Positions 1 to 13,790 of a stretch of 64,000 bases of DNA are shown here, in pieces. The notes beneath the pieces were generated by a model. It was not told the origin of the DNA and ran no database searches. It saw nothing but the letters and a program-made list of their open reading frames with translations. The DNA is from Camelus dromedarius (lineage: Eukaryota). Position 1 is the stretch's first letter, and each line of letters starts with the position of its first letter. The DNA lies in NCBI RefSeq assembly GCF_036321535.1, contig NC_087436.1, positions 3,038,001-3,102,000 of the forward strand, read 5' to 3'. Both the position numbers and the translations under genes were made by a program.

Positions 1-3000
1 GATGTTCCTGCAGTTTTCACTGTAAAACCGAGTTGGAGCTAGTACTTCCCCATAAATATGTTTGGAGTGGAGTTTGCAACTGAAAAGATACTTTTTGTTT
101 CCATAAAGATAGGTGAAGGACGGCTTTCACACACACTTATCTCTCAGAACTGAGCATGTGGAGAGACTTTCGTTCATCTAGCCTAAAAACGGGTTGCAGG
201 AGAAACTTTAACTCTGGATTCTCAGTCTGTTTCCTAGTGCCGGTTTGAAGTTCCTGCAGTTTTCACTGTAAAACCGAGTTGGAGCTAGTACCTCCCCATA
301 TATATGTACGGATTGGAGTTTGCAAGTAAAAAGAATCTTTGTGTTCCCAACAAGCTAGGTGAAGAATGGCTTTCACACACACTTATCTCCCAGAACTGAG
401 CATGTGGAGAGACGTTCGTTCATCTAGCACAAAGGGAACGGGTTGCAGGAGAAAAATTTACTGTGGTTTCTCAGTCTGTTTCGTAGTGCCGGTTTGAAGT
501 TCCTGCAGTTTTCACTGTAAAACTGAGTTGGGGCTAGTAGCTCCCCATAAATATGTATGGAGTGGAGTTTGCAAGTGAAAAGAATCTTTGTCTTCCCAAC
601 AAGCTAGGTAAAGGACGGCTTTCACACACACTTATCTCTCAGAAATGAGCATGTGGAGAGACGTTTGTTCATCTAGCACAAAGGAAAAGGGTTGCAGTAG
701 AAAATTTTACTCTGGTTTCTCAGTCTGTTTCCTAGTGCCGGTTTGAAGTTCCTGCAGTTTTCACTATAAAACCGAGTTGGAGCTAGTACCTCCCCATATA
801 TATGTATGGAGTGGAGTTTGCACCTGAAAAGAAACTTTGTGTTCCCAACAAGCTAGTTGAATTACGGCTTTCACACACACTTATCTCTCAGAACTGAGCA
901 TGTGGAGAGACGTTCGTTCATCTAGCACAAAGGGAACGGGGTGCAGGAGAAACATTTACTCTGGTTTCTCAGTCTGTTTTCTAGTGCCGGTTGAAGTTCC
1001 TGCAGTTTTCACTGTAAAACCGAGTTGGAGCTAGTACCTCCCCATATATATGTATGGAGTGTAGTTTTCAAGTGAAAAGAAACTTTGTGTTCCCAAAAAG
1101 CTAGGTGAAGGACGGCTTTTACACACACATATCTCTCAGAACTGAGCATGTGGAGAGACGTTCGTTCATCTAGCACAAAGGGAACGGTTTGCAGGAGAAA
1201 ATATTACTCTGGTTTCCCAGTCTGTTTCCTAGTGCCGGTTTGATGCTCCTGCAGTTTTCACTGTAGAACCGAGTTGGAGCTAGTACCTCCCCATATATAT
1301 GTATGGATTGGAGTTTGAAAGTGAAAAGAATCTTTGTGTTCCGAAAAGCTAGGTGAAGGACGGCTTTCACACACACTTATCTCTCAGAAATGAGCATGTG
1401 GAGAGACGTTCGTTCATCTAGCAAAAATTAAACGGGTTGCAGGAGAAACTTTTACTCTGGTTTCTCAGTCTGTTTCCTAGTGCTGGTTTGAAGTTCCTGC
1501 TGTTTTCACTGTAAAACCGAGTTGGAGCTTGTACCTCCCCATATATATGTATGGAGTGGAGTTTGCAACTGAAAAGAAACTTTATGTTCCCAACAAGCTA
1601 GGTGAAGGACGACTTTCACACACACTTATCTCTCAGAACTGAGCATGTGGAGAGACCTTCGTTCATCTAGCACAAAGGGAACGAGTTGCAGGAGAATCTA
1701 TTACTCTGGCTTCTCAGTCTGTTTCCTAGTGCCGGGTTGAAGTTCCTGCAGTTTTCACTGTAAAACCGAGTTGGGGCTTGTACCAACCCCTTATATATGT
1801 ATGGAGTGGAGTTTGCAACTGAAAAGGTACTTTGTGTTCCCAACAAGCGATGTGAAGGATGGCTTTCACACACACTTATCTCTCAGAACTGAGCATGTGG
1901 AGAGACGTTCCTTAATCTAGCACAAAGGGAACGGGTTGCAGGAGAAACTTTTAGTCTGGTTCTCAGTCTGTTTCCTAGTGCCGGTTTGAAGTTCCTGCAG
2001 TTTTCACTGTGAAACCGAGTTGGGGCGAGTACCTCCCCATATATATTTATGGAGTGGAGTTTGCAACTGAAAAGAAAGTTTGTGTTCCCAACAAGCTAGG
2101 TGAAGGACGGCTTTCACACACACTTATCTCTCAGAACTGAGCATGTTGAGAGATGTTCGTTCATCTAGCAAAAATAGAACGGGTTGCAGGAGAATCTTTT
2201 ACTCTGGTTTCTCAGTCTGATTCCTAGTGCCAGTTTGAACTTCCTGCAGTTTTCACTGTAAAACAGATTTGGAGTTAGTACTTCCCCATATATATTTATG
2301 GAGTGGGGTTTGCAACTGAAAAGAAACTTTGTGTTCCCAAAAAGCAAGGTGAAGGAAGGTTTTCACACACACGTATCTCTCAGAAATGAGCATGTGGAGA
2401 GACGTTCGTTCATCTAGCACAAAGGGAACGAGTTGCAGGAGAATCTATTACTCTGGCTTCTCAGTCTGTTTCCTAGTGCCGGGTTTAAGTTCCTGCAGAT
2501 TTCACTGTAAAACCGAGTTGGGGCTTGTACCAACCCCTTATAGATGTATGGATTGGAGTTTGCAACTGAAAAGATACTTTGTGTTCCCAACAAGCTAGGT
2601 GAAGAACGGCTTTCACACACACTTATCTCTCAGAACTGAGCATGTAGAGAGATGTTCGTTCATCTAGCAAAAAGAGAACGGGATGCAGGGGAATCTTTTA
2701 CTCTGGTTTCTCAGTCTGATTCCTAATGCCGGTTTGAACTTCCTGCAGTTTTCACTGTAAAACAGATTTGGAGTTAGTACTTCCCCATATATATTTATGG
2801 AGTGGGGTTTGCAACTGAAAAGAAACTTTGTGTTCCCAACAAGCTAGGTGAAGGACGGTTTTCACACACACTTATCTCTCAGAACTGAGCATGTGTAGAG
2901 ACTTTCGTTCATCTAGGAAAAAGGGAATGGGTTGCAGGTGTAACTTTTACTCTGGTTTCTCAGTCTGTTTCCTAGTGCCGGTTTGATGTTCCTGCAGTTT

Positions 3001-6000
3001 TCACTGTAAAACCGAGTTGGAGCTAGTACTTCCCCATAAATATGTTTGGAGTGGAGTTTGCAACTGAAAAGATACTTTTTGTTTCCAAAAAGATAGGTGA
3101 AGGACGGCTTTCACACACACTTATCTCTCAGAACTGAGCATGTGGAGAGACGTTCGTTCATCTAGCCTAAAGAACGGGTTGCAGGAGAAACTTTAACTTT
3201 GGATTCTCAGTCTGTTTCCTAGTGCCGATTTGAAGTTCCTGCAGTTTTCACTGTAAAACCGAGTTGGAGCTAGTACCTAACCATATATATGTATGGAGTG
3301 AAGTTTGCAACTGAAAAGAAACTTTGTGTACCCAACAAGCTAGGTGAAGGACGACTTTCACACACACGAATCTCTCAGATCTGTGCATGTGGAGAGACGT
3401 TCTTTCATCTAGCACAAATGGAACGGGTTGCAGGAGAAACTTTTACTCTGGTTTCTCAGTCTGTTTCCTAGTGCCGGTTTGAAGTTCCTACAGTTTTCAC
3501 TGTAAAATAGAATTAGGGCTAGTAGCTCCCCATAAATATGTATGGAGTGGAGTTTGCATCTGAAAAGAAACTTTGTGTTCCTAACAAGCTAGGTGAAGGA
3601 CGGCTTTCACACACACTTATCTCTCAGAACTGAGCATGTGGAGAGACGTTCATTCATCTAGCACAAAGGGAACTGGTTGCATGAGAAACTTTTACTCTGG
3701 TTTCTCAGTCTGTTTCGTATTGCCGGTTTGAATTTCCTACAGTTTTCACTGTAAAATAGAATTGGGGCTAGTAGCTCCCCATAAATATGTATGGAGTGGA
3801 GTTTGCATCTGAAAAGAAACTTTGTGTTCCTAACAAGCTAGGTGAAGGACGGCTTTCACACACACTTATCTCTCAGAACTGAGCATGTGGAGAGACGTTT
3901 GTTCATCTAGCACAAAGGAAACGGGTTGCAGTAGAAAACTTTACTCTGGTTTCTCAGGCTGTTTCCTAGTGCCGGTTTGAAGTTCCTGCATTTTTCACTG
4001 TAAAACGTAGTTGGAGCTAGTACCTCCCCATATATATGTACGGATTGGTGTTTGCAAGTAAAAAGAATCTTTGTGTTCCCAACAAGCTAGGTGAAGAATG
4101 GCTTTCACACACACTTATCTCCCAGAACTGAGCATGTGGAGAGACGTTCGTTCATCTAGCACAAAGTGAACGGGTTGCAGGTGAAAAATTTACTGTGGTT
4201 TCTCAGTCTGTTTTGTAGTGCCGGTTTGAAGTTCCTGCAGTTTTCACTGTAAAACCGAGTTGGGGCTAGTAGCTCCCCATAAATATGTATGGATTGGAGT
4301 TTGCAACTGAAAAGAATCTTTGTCTTCCCAACAAGCTAGGTAAAGGACGGCTTTCACACACACTTATCTCTCAGAAATGAGCATGTGGAGAGACGTTCGT
4401 TCATCTAGCAAAAAGGGAACGGGTTGCAGGAGAAACTTTTACTCTGGTATCACAGTCTGTTTCCTAGTGCCGTTTTGAATTTCCTGCAGTTTTCACTGAG
4501 AAACCGAGTTGGGGCTAGTACCTCCCCATATATATGTATGGAGTGGTTTTTCAACTGAAAAGAACTTTGTGTTCCCAAAAAGTTAGGTGAAGGACAGCTT
4601 CCACACACACTTATCTCTCAGAACTTTGCATGTGGAGAGACGTTTGTTCATCTAGCACAAAGGAAAAGGGTTGCAGTAGAAAATTTTACTCTGGTTTCTC
4701 AGTCTGTTTCCTAGTGCCGGTTTGAAGTTCCTGCAGTTTTCACTATAAAACCGAGTTGGAGCTAGTACCTCCCCATATATATGTATGGAGTGGAGTTTGC
4801 ACCTGAAAAGAAACTTTGTGTTCCCAACAAGCTAGGTGAATTACGGCTTTCACACACACTTATCTCTCAGAACTGAGCATGTGGAGAGACGTTCGTTCAT
4901 CTAGCACAAAGGGAACGGGGTGCAGGAGAAACATTTACTCTGGTTTCTCAGTCTGTTTTCTAGTGCCGGTTGAAGTTCCTGCAGTTTTCAATGTAAAACC
5001 GAGTTGGAGCTAGTACCTCCCCATATATATGTATGGAGTGTTGTTTGCAAGTGAAAAGAAACTTTGTGTTCCCAAAAAGCTAGGTGAAGGACGGCTTTTA
5101 CACACACATATCTCTCAGAACTGAGCATGTGGAGAGACGTTCGTTCATCTAGCACAAAGGGAACGGTTTGCAGGAGAAAATATTACTCTGGTTTCCCAGT
5201 CTGTTTCCTAGTGCCGGTTTGATGCTCCTGCAGTTTTCACTGTAGAACCGAGTTGGAGCTAGTACCTCCCCATATATATGTATGGATTGGAGTTTGAAAG
5301 TGAAAAGAATCTTTGTGTTCCGAAAAGCTAGGTGAAGGACGGCTTTCACACACACTTATCTCTCAGAAATGAGCATGTGGAGAGACGTTCGTTCATCTAG
5401 CAAAAATTAAACGGGTTGCAGGAGAAACTTTTACTCTGGTTTCTCAGTCTGTTTCCTAGTGCTGGTTTGAAGTTCCTGCTGTTTTCACTGTAAAACCGAG
5501 TTGGAGCTTGTACCTCCCCATATATATGTATGGAGTGGAGTTTGCAACTGAAAAGAAACTTTATGTTCCCAACAAGCTAGGTGAAGGACGACTTTCACAC
5601 ACACTTATCTCTCAGAACTGAGCATGTGAAGAGACCTTCGTTCATCTAGCACAAAGGGAACGAGTTGCAGGAGAATCTATTACTCTGGCTTCTCAGTCTG
5701 TTTCCTAGTGCCGGGTTGAAGTTCCTGCAGTTTTCACTGTAAAACCGAGTTGGGGCTTGTACCAACCCCTTATATATGTATGGAGTGGAGTTTGCAACTG
5801 AAAAGGTACTTTGTGTTCCCAACAAGCGATGTGAAGGATGGCTTTCACACACACTTATCTCTCAGAACTGAGCATGTGGAGAGACGTTCCTTAATCTAGC
5901 ACAAAGGGAACGGGTTGCAGGAGAAACTTTCAGTCTGGTTCTCAGTTTGTTTCCTAGTGCCGGTTTGAAGTTCCTGCAGTTTTCACTGTGAAACCGAGTT

Positions 6001-6700
6001 GGGGCGAGTACCACCCCATATATATTTATGGAGTGGAGTTTGCAACTGAAAAGAAAGTTTGTGTTCCCAACAAGCTAGGTGAAGGACGGCTTTCACACAC
6101 ACTTATCTCTCAGAACTGAGCATGTTGAGAGATGTTCGTTCATCTAGCAAAAAGAGAACGGGTTGCAGGAGAATCTTTTACTCTGGTTTCTCAGTCTGAT
6201 TCCTAGTGCCGGTTTGAACTTCCTGCAGTTTTCACTGTAAAACAGATTTGGAATTAGTACTTCCCCATATATATTTATGGAGTGGGGTTTGCAACTGAAA
6301 AGAAACTTTGTGTTCCCAAAAAGCTAGGCGAAGGACGGTTTTCACACACACTTATCTCTCAGAACTGAGCATGTGTAGAGACTTTCGTTCATCTAGGAAA
6401 AAGGGAATGGTTTGCAGGTGTAACTTTTACTCTGGTTTCTCAGTCTGTTTCCTAGTGCCGGTTTGAAGTTCCTGCAGGTTTCACTGTAAAACCGAGTTGG
6501 AGCTAGTACTTCCCCATAATTATGTTTGGAGTGGAGTTTGCAACTGAAAAGATACTTTTTGTTTCCAAAAAGATAGGTGAAGGACGGCTTTCACACACAC
6601 TTACCTCCCTGAACTGAGCATGTGGAGAGACGTTTGTTCATCTAGCCTAAAGTACGGGTTGCAGGAGAAACTTTAACTCTGGTTTCTCAGTCTGTTTCCT
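1..6700. repeat. Irregular higher-order repeat, period 12-16 monomers (core about 660-2170 repeated at about 4640-6150)
   Basis: Identical ORF translations at 1170/5149 and 1667/5646 (offset 3979, 16 monomers). Other diagnostic monomers are offset by 2984 (1 vs 2985; 12), 3732 (309 vs 4041; 15) and 3480 (2891 vs 6371; 14). Confidence 0.85.
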
Positions 6701-9070
6701 AGTGCCGGTTTGAAGTTCCTGCAGTTTTTACTGTAAAACCGAGTTGGAGCTAGTACTTCCCCATAAATATGTATGGAGTGGAGTTTGCAACTGAAAAGAT
6801 ACATTGTGTTCCTAAAAGCTAGGTGAATTACGGCTTTCACACACACGTATCTCTCAGAACTGAGCATGTGGAGAGACGTTCCTTAATCTAGCACAAAGGG
6901 AACGGGTTGCAGGAGAAACTTTTAGTCTGGATTCTCAGTCTGTTTCCTAGTGCCGGTTTGAAGTTCCTGCAGTTTTCACTGTAAAACCGAGGGGGAGCTA
7001 GTACCTAACCATATATATGTGTGGAGTGAAGTTTGCAACTGAACAGAAACTTTGTGTACCCAACAAGCTAGGTGAAGTACGACATTCACACACACGTATC
7101 TCTCAGAACTGAGCATGTGGAGAGACGTTCATTCATCTAGCACAAAGGGAACGGGTTGCAGGAGAAACTTTTACTCTTGTTTCTCAGTCTGTTTCGTAGT
7201 GCTGGTTTGAATTTCCTGCAGTTTTCACTGTAAAACCGAGTTGGGGCTAGTAGCTCCCCATAAATATGTATGGAGTGGAGTTTGCATCTGAAAAGAAACT
7301 TTGTGTTCCTAAAATGCTAGGTGAAGGACGGCTTTCACACACACTTATCTCTCAGAAATGAGCATGTGGAGAGACGTTCATTCATCTAGCACAAATGGAA
7401 CGGGTTGCATGGGAAACTCTTACTCTGCTTTCCCAGTCTGTTTTCTAGTGCCGATTTGAAGTACCTGCATTTTTCACTGTAAATCCGAGTTGGAGCTAGT
7501 ACCTACCCATATAAATGTATGGATTGGAGTTTGCAAGTGAAAAGAATCTTTGTCTTCCCAACAAGCTAGGTAAAGAACGGCTTTCACACACAATTATCTC
7601 TCAGAACTGAGCATGTGGAGAGACGGTCGTTCATCTAGCAAAAAGGGAACGGGTTGCAGGAGAAACTTTTACTCTGGTTTCTCAGTCTTTTTCCTAGTGC
7701 CGGTTTGATGTTCCTGCAGTTTTCACTGTAAAACCGAGTTGGAGCTAGTACTTCCCCATAAATATGTATGGAGTGGAGTTTGCAACTGAAAAGAAACTTT
7801 GTGTTCCCAACAAGCTAGTTGAAGGACGGCTTTCACACACAATTATCTCTCAGAACTGAGCATGTGGAGAGATGTTCGTTCATCTAGCCAAAATGAACGG
7901 GTTGCAGGAGAAACTTTCACTCTGGTTTCTCAGTCTGTTTCCTAGTGCCTGTTTGAAGTTCCTGCAGTTTTCACTGTAAAACCAGTTGGGGATTGTACCT
8001 CCCCGTATATATGTATGGAGTGGAGTTTGCAAATGAAAAGAAACTTTGTGTTCCCAACAACCTAGGTGAAGGACGGCTTTCACTCACACTTATCTCTCAG
8101 AACTGAGCATGTGGAGAGATGTTCGTTCATCTTGCAAAAAGGGAACGCGTTGCAGGGGAAACTTTTTCTCTGGTTTCACCGTCTGTTTCCTAGTGCCGTT
8201 TTGAATTTCCTGCAGTTTTTACTGAGAAACCGAGTTGGGGCTAGTACCTCCCCATTTATATGTATGGAGTGGAGTTTGCAACTGAAAAGAACTTTGTGTT
8301 CCCAACAAGTTAGTTGAAGGACGGCTTCCACACACACTTATCTCTCAGAACTGAGCATGTGGAGAGAGATTCGTTCATCTAGCACAAAGGAAACGGTTTG
8401 CAGTAGAAAATTTTACTCTGGTTTCTCAGTCTGTTTCCTAGTGCCGGTTTGATGTTCCTGCATTTTTCACTGAAAAACCGAGTTGGAACTAGTACCTCCC
8501 CATATATATGTATGGATTGGAGTTCGCAAGTGAAAAGAAACTTTGTGTTCCCAACAAGCTAGTTGAAGAATGGCTTTCACACGCACTTATCTCTCAGAAC
8601 TGAGCATGTGGAGAGACGTTCGTTCATCTAGCACAAAGGGAAAGGTTTGCAGGAGAAAATATTACTGTGGTTTCTCAGTCTGTTTCCTAGTGCTGGTTTG
8701 AAGTTCCTGCAGTTTTCACTGTAAAACCGATTTGGAGCTTTTACCTCCCCATATATATGTATGGAGTGGTGTTTGCAACTGAAAAGAAACTTTGTGTTCC
8801 CAACAAGTTAGGTGAAGGACGACTTTCACACACACTTATGTCTCAGAACTGAGCTTGTGGAGAGACGTTCGTTCATCTAGCACAAAGGGAACGAGTTGCA
8901 GGAGAATCTATTACTCTGGCTTCTCAGTCTGTTTCCTAGTGCCGGGTTGAACTTCCTGCAGTTTTCACTGTAAAACCGAGTTGGGGCTTGTACCAACCCC
9001 TTATATATGTATGGAGTGGAGTTTGTAACTGAAAAGAAACTTTGTGTTCCCAACAAGCGATGTGAAGGAT

Positions 9071-12000
9071 GGCTTTCACACACACTTATCTCTCAGAACA
9101 GAGCATGTGGAGAGACGTTCCTTAATCTAGCACAAATGGAACGGGTTGCAGGGGAAATTTTTAGTCTGCTTCTCAGTCTGTTTCCTAGTGCCGGTTTGAA
9201 GTTCCTGCAGTTTTCACTGTGAAACCGAGTTGGGGCTAGTACCTCCCCATATATATTTATGGAGTGGAGTTTGCAACTGAAAAGGAAGTATGTGTTCCCA
9301 ACAAGCTAGGTGAAGGACGGCTTTCACACACACTTATCTCTGAGAACTGAGCATGTTGAGAGACGTTCGTTCATCTAGCAAAAAGGGAACGGGTTGCAGG
9401 AGAATCTTTTACTCTGGTTTCTCAGTCTGATTCCTAGTGCCGGTTTGAACTTCCTGCAGTTTTCACTGTAAAAGAGATTTAAGTTAGTACTTCCCCATAT
9501 ATATTTATGGAGTGGGGTTTGCAACTGAAAAGAAACTTTGTGTTCCCAACAAGCTAGGTGAAGGACGGTTTTCACACACACTTTTCTCTCAGAACTGAGC
9601 ATGTGTAGAGACTTTCGTTCATCTAGGAAAAAGGGAATGGGTTGCAGGTGTAACTTTTACTCTGGTTTCTCAGTCTGTTTCCTAGTGCCGGTTGAATTTC
9701 CTGCATTTTTCACTGTAAAACGGAGTTGGAGCTACTACCTCCCCATATATATGTATGGATTGGAGTTTGCAAGTGAAAAGAATCTTTGTGTTCCCAACAA
9801 GCTAGGTGAAGGATGGCTTTCACACACACTTTTCTCCCAGAAATGAGCATGTGGAGAGACGTTCGTTCATCTAGCACAAAGGGAACGGGTTGCAGGAGAA
9901 AATTTTACTGCGGTTTCTCAGTCTGTTTCGTAGTGCCGGTTTGAATTTCCTGCAGTTTTCACTGTAAAACCGAGTTGGGGCTAGTAGCTCCCCATAAATA
10001 TGTATGGAGTGGAGTTTGCATCTGAAAAGAAACTTTGTGTTCCTAACAAGCTAGGTGAAGGACGGCTTTCACACACACTTATGTCTCAGAACTGAGCATG
10101 TGGAGAGACGTTCGTTCATCTAGCAAAAAGAAACGGGTTGCAGGAGAAAATTTTACTCTGGATTCTCAGTCTGTTTCCTAGTGCCGGTTTGAAGTTCCTG
10201 CAGATTTCACTGTAAAACCGAGTTGTAGCTAGAACCTCTCCATATATATGTATGGATTGGAGTTTGCAACTGAAAAGAAACTTTGTGTTCCCAACAAGCT
10301 AGGTGAAGTACGGCTTTCACACACACTTATCTCTCAGAACTGAGCATGTGGAGAGACGTTCGTTCATCTAGCACAAATGGAACGGGTTGCAGGGGAAACC
10401 CTTACTCTGCTTTCCCAGTCTGTTTCCTAGTGCCGATTTGAAGTACCTGCAGTTTTCACTGTAAAACCGAGTTGGAGCTAGTACCTACCCATATATATGT
10501 ATGGATAGGAGTTTGCAAGTGAAAAGAATCTTTGTCTTCCCAACAAGCTAGGTAAAGAACGGCTTTCACACACAATTATCACTCAGAACTAAGCATGTGG
10601 AGAGACGTTCGTTCATCTAGCAAAAAGGGAACGGTTTGCAGGAGAAACTTTTACTCTGGTTTCACAGTCTGTTTCCTAGTGCCGTTTGGAATTTCCTGCA
10701 GTTTTCACTGAGAAACAGAGTTGGGGCTAGTACCTCCCATATATATGTATGGATTGGAGTTTGCAACTGGAAAGAAACTTTGTGTACCCAACAAGCTAGG
10801 TGAAGGACGGCTTCCACACACACATATCTCTCAGAACTGAGCATGTGGAGAGACGTTCGTTCAACTAGCACAAAGGGAACTGGTTGCAGGAGAAACTTTT
10901 ACTCTGGTTTCTCAGTCTGTTTCCTAGTGCCGGTTTGAAGTTCCTGCAGTTTTCACTGTAAAACCGAGTTGGAGCTAGTACTTCCCCATAAATATGCATG
11001 GAGTGGAGTTTGCAACTGAAAAGATACTTTGTGTTCCCAAAAAGCTAGGTGAAGTACGGCTTTCACACACACGTTTCTCTCAGAACTGAGCATGTGGAGA
11101 GACGTTCCTTAATCTAGCAAAAAGGGAACGGGTTGCAGGAGAAACTTTTAGTCTGGTTTCTCAGTCTGTTTCCTAGTGCCGGTTTGAAGTTCCTGCAGTT
11201 TTCACTGTGAAACCGAGTTGGGGCTAGTACCTCCCCATATATATTTATGGAGTGGAGTTTGCAACTGAAAAGAAAGTTTGTGTTCCCAACAAGCTAGGTG
11301 AAGGACGGCTTTCACACACACGTATCTCTCAGAACTGAGCATGTGGAGAGACGTTCCTTAATCTAGCACAAAGGGAACGGGTTGCAGGAGAAACTTTTAG
11401 TCTGGTTTCTCAGTCTGTTTCCTAGTGCCGGTTTGAAGTTCCTGCAGTTTTCACTGTAAAACCGAGTTGGAGCTAGTACTTCCCCATAAATATGTATGGA
11501 GTGGAGTTTGCAACTAAAAAGATACTTTGTGTTCCCTAAAAGCTACGTGAAGGACGGCTTTCACACACACTTATCTCTCAGAACTGAGCATGTGGAGAGA
11601 CGATCGTTCATCTAGCCAAAAGGAAAGGGTTGCAGGACAAACTTTTACTCTGGTTTCTCAGACTGTTTCCTAGTGCCGGTTTGAAGTTCCTGCAGTTTTC
11701 ACTGTAAAACCGAGGTGGAGCTAGTACCTAACCATATATATGTATGGAGTGAAGTTTGCAACTGAAAAGAAACTTTGTGTTCCCAACAAGCTAGGTTAAG
11801 GACGGCTTTCACACACACTTATCTCTCAGAACTGAGCATGTGGAGAGACGTTTCTTAATCTAGCACAAAGGGATCGGGTTGCAGGAGAAACTTTTACTCT
11901 GGTTTCTCAGTCTGTTTCCTAGTGCCGGTTTGAAGTTCCTGCAGTTTTCACTGTGAAACCGAGTTGGGGCTAGTACCTCCCCATATATATTTATGGAGTG

Positions 12001-13790
12001 GAGTTTGCAACTGAAAAGAAACTTTGTGTTCCCAACAAGCTAGGTGAAGGACGGCTTTCACACACACTTATCTCTCAGAACTTAGCATGTGGAGAGACGT
12101 TCGTTCATCTAGCACAAATGGAACGGGTTGAAGGAGAAACTATTACTCTGGATTCCCAGTCTGTTTCCTAGTGCCGGTTTGAAGTTCCTTCAGTTTTCAC
12201 TGTAAAACCGAGTTGGAGCTAGTACATACCCATACATATGTATGGATTGGAATTTGCAACTGAAAAGAATCTTTGTCTTCCCAACAAGCTAGGTGAAGGA
12301 CGGCTTTCACACACACTTATCTCTCAGAACTGAGCATGTGGAGAGACGATCGTTCATCTAGCAAAAAGGGAACGGGTTGCAGGAGAAACTTTTACTCTGG
12401 TTTCTCAGTCTGTTTCCTAGTGCCGGTTTGATGTTCCTGCAGTTTTCACTTTAAAACCGATTTGGAGTTAGTACCACCCCATATATATGTATGGAGTGGA
12501 GGTTGCAACTTAAAAGAAAATTTGTGTTCCCAACAAGCTAGTTTAAGGACGGTTTTCACTCACTCTTATCTCTCAGAACTGAGCATGTGGAGAGACATTC
12601 GTTCATCTAGCAAGAACGGAACGGGTTGCAGGTGTAACTTTTACTCTGGTTTCTCAGTCTGTTTCCTAGTGCCGGTTTGAAGTTCCTGCAGATTTCACTG
12701 TAAAACCAAGTTGGAGCTAGTACATCCCCATATATATGTATGGATTGCAGTTTGCAAGTGAAAATAAACTTTGTGTTCACAACAAGCAGGGTGAAGGACG
12801 GCTTTCACACACACTTATCTCTCAGAACTGAGAATGTTGAGAGACGTTCGTTCATCTAGGACAAAGGAACGGGTTGCAGTAGAAAATTTTACTCTGGTTT
12901 CTCAGTCTGTTTCCTTGTGCCGGTTTGAAGTTACTGCAGTTTTCACTGTAAAACCGAGTTGGAGCTAGTACCTCCCATATATATGTATGGAGTGGAGTTT
13001 GCAACTGAAAAGATACTTTGTGTTCCCAACAAGCTTAGTGAAGGACGGTTTTTACACACACTTATCTCTCAGAACTGAGCATGTGGAGAGACGTTCGTTC
13101 ATCTAGCACAAAGGGAAAGGGTTTCAGGAGAAATTTTACTCTGGTTTCTCAGTCTGTTTCCTAGTACCGGTTTGAAGTTCCTGCAGTTTTCACTGTAAAA
13201 TCGAGTTGGAGCTAGTACCTCCCCATGTATATGTATGGATTGGAGTTTGCAAGTGAAAAGAAACTTTGTGTTCCCAACAAGCTAGTTGAAGGACGGCTTT
13301 CACACACACTTATCTCTCAGAACTGTGCATGTGGAGAGAAGTTCGTTCATCTAGAACAAAGGGAAATGGTTGCAGGGGAAATTTTACTCTGGATTCTCAG
13401 TCTGTTTCCTAGTGCCGGTTTGAAGTTCCTGCAGTTTTCACTGTAAAACCGAGTTGGAGCTAGTACCTCCCCATATATATGAGCGGATTGCACTTTGCAA
13501 GTGAAAATACACTTTGTGTTCCCAACAAGCTTGTTGAAGGAAGGCTTTCTCACACACTTATCTCTCAGAACTGAGCATGTTGAGAGATGTTCGTTCATCT
13601 AGGACAAAGGAACGGGTTGCAGTAGAAAATTTTACTCTGGTTTCTCTGGCTGTTTCCTAGTGCCGGTTTGAAGTTCCTGCAGTTTTCACTGTAAAACAGA
13701 TTTGGAGCTAGTACCTCCCCATATATATGTATGTAGTGGAGTTTGAAACTGAAAAGAAACTTTGTGTTCCCAACAAGCTAGGTGAAGGAC
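9071..13790. repeat. 19-monomer tandem duplication, copy 1 (4720 bp)
   Basis: ORFs at 9375, 9601, 10662 and 12462 recur identically at +4720; those at 13225 and 13347 recur at +4722. Confidence 0.95.

Noticed and set aside
413..444. Canonical functional CENP-B box
   Set aside because: TTCG-to-CGGG spacing is 20 nt instead of 7; kept only as a speculative finding.
796..806. ATATATATGTA as a TATA box and CACACACAC as a microsatellite
   Set aside because: Both are fixed short parts of each monomer with almost no length variation and no downstream gene.
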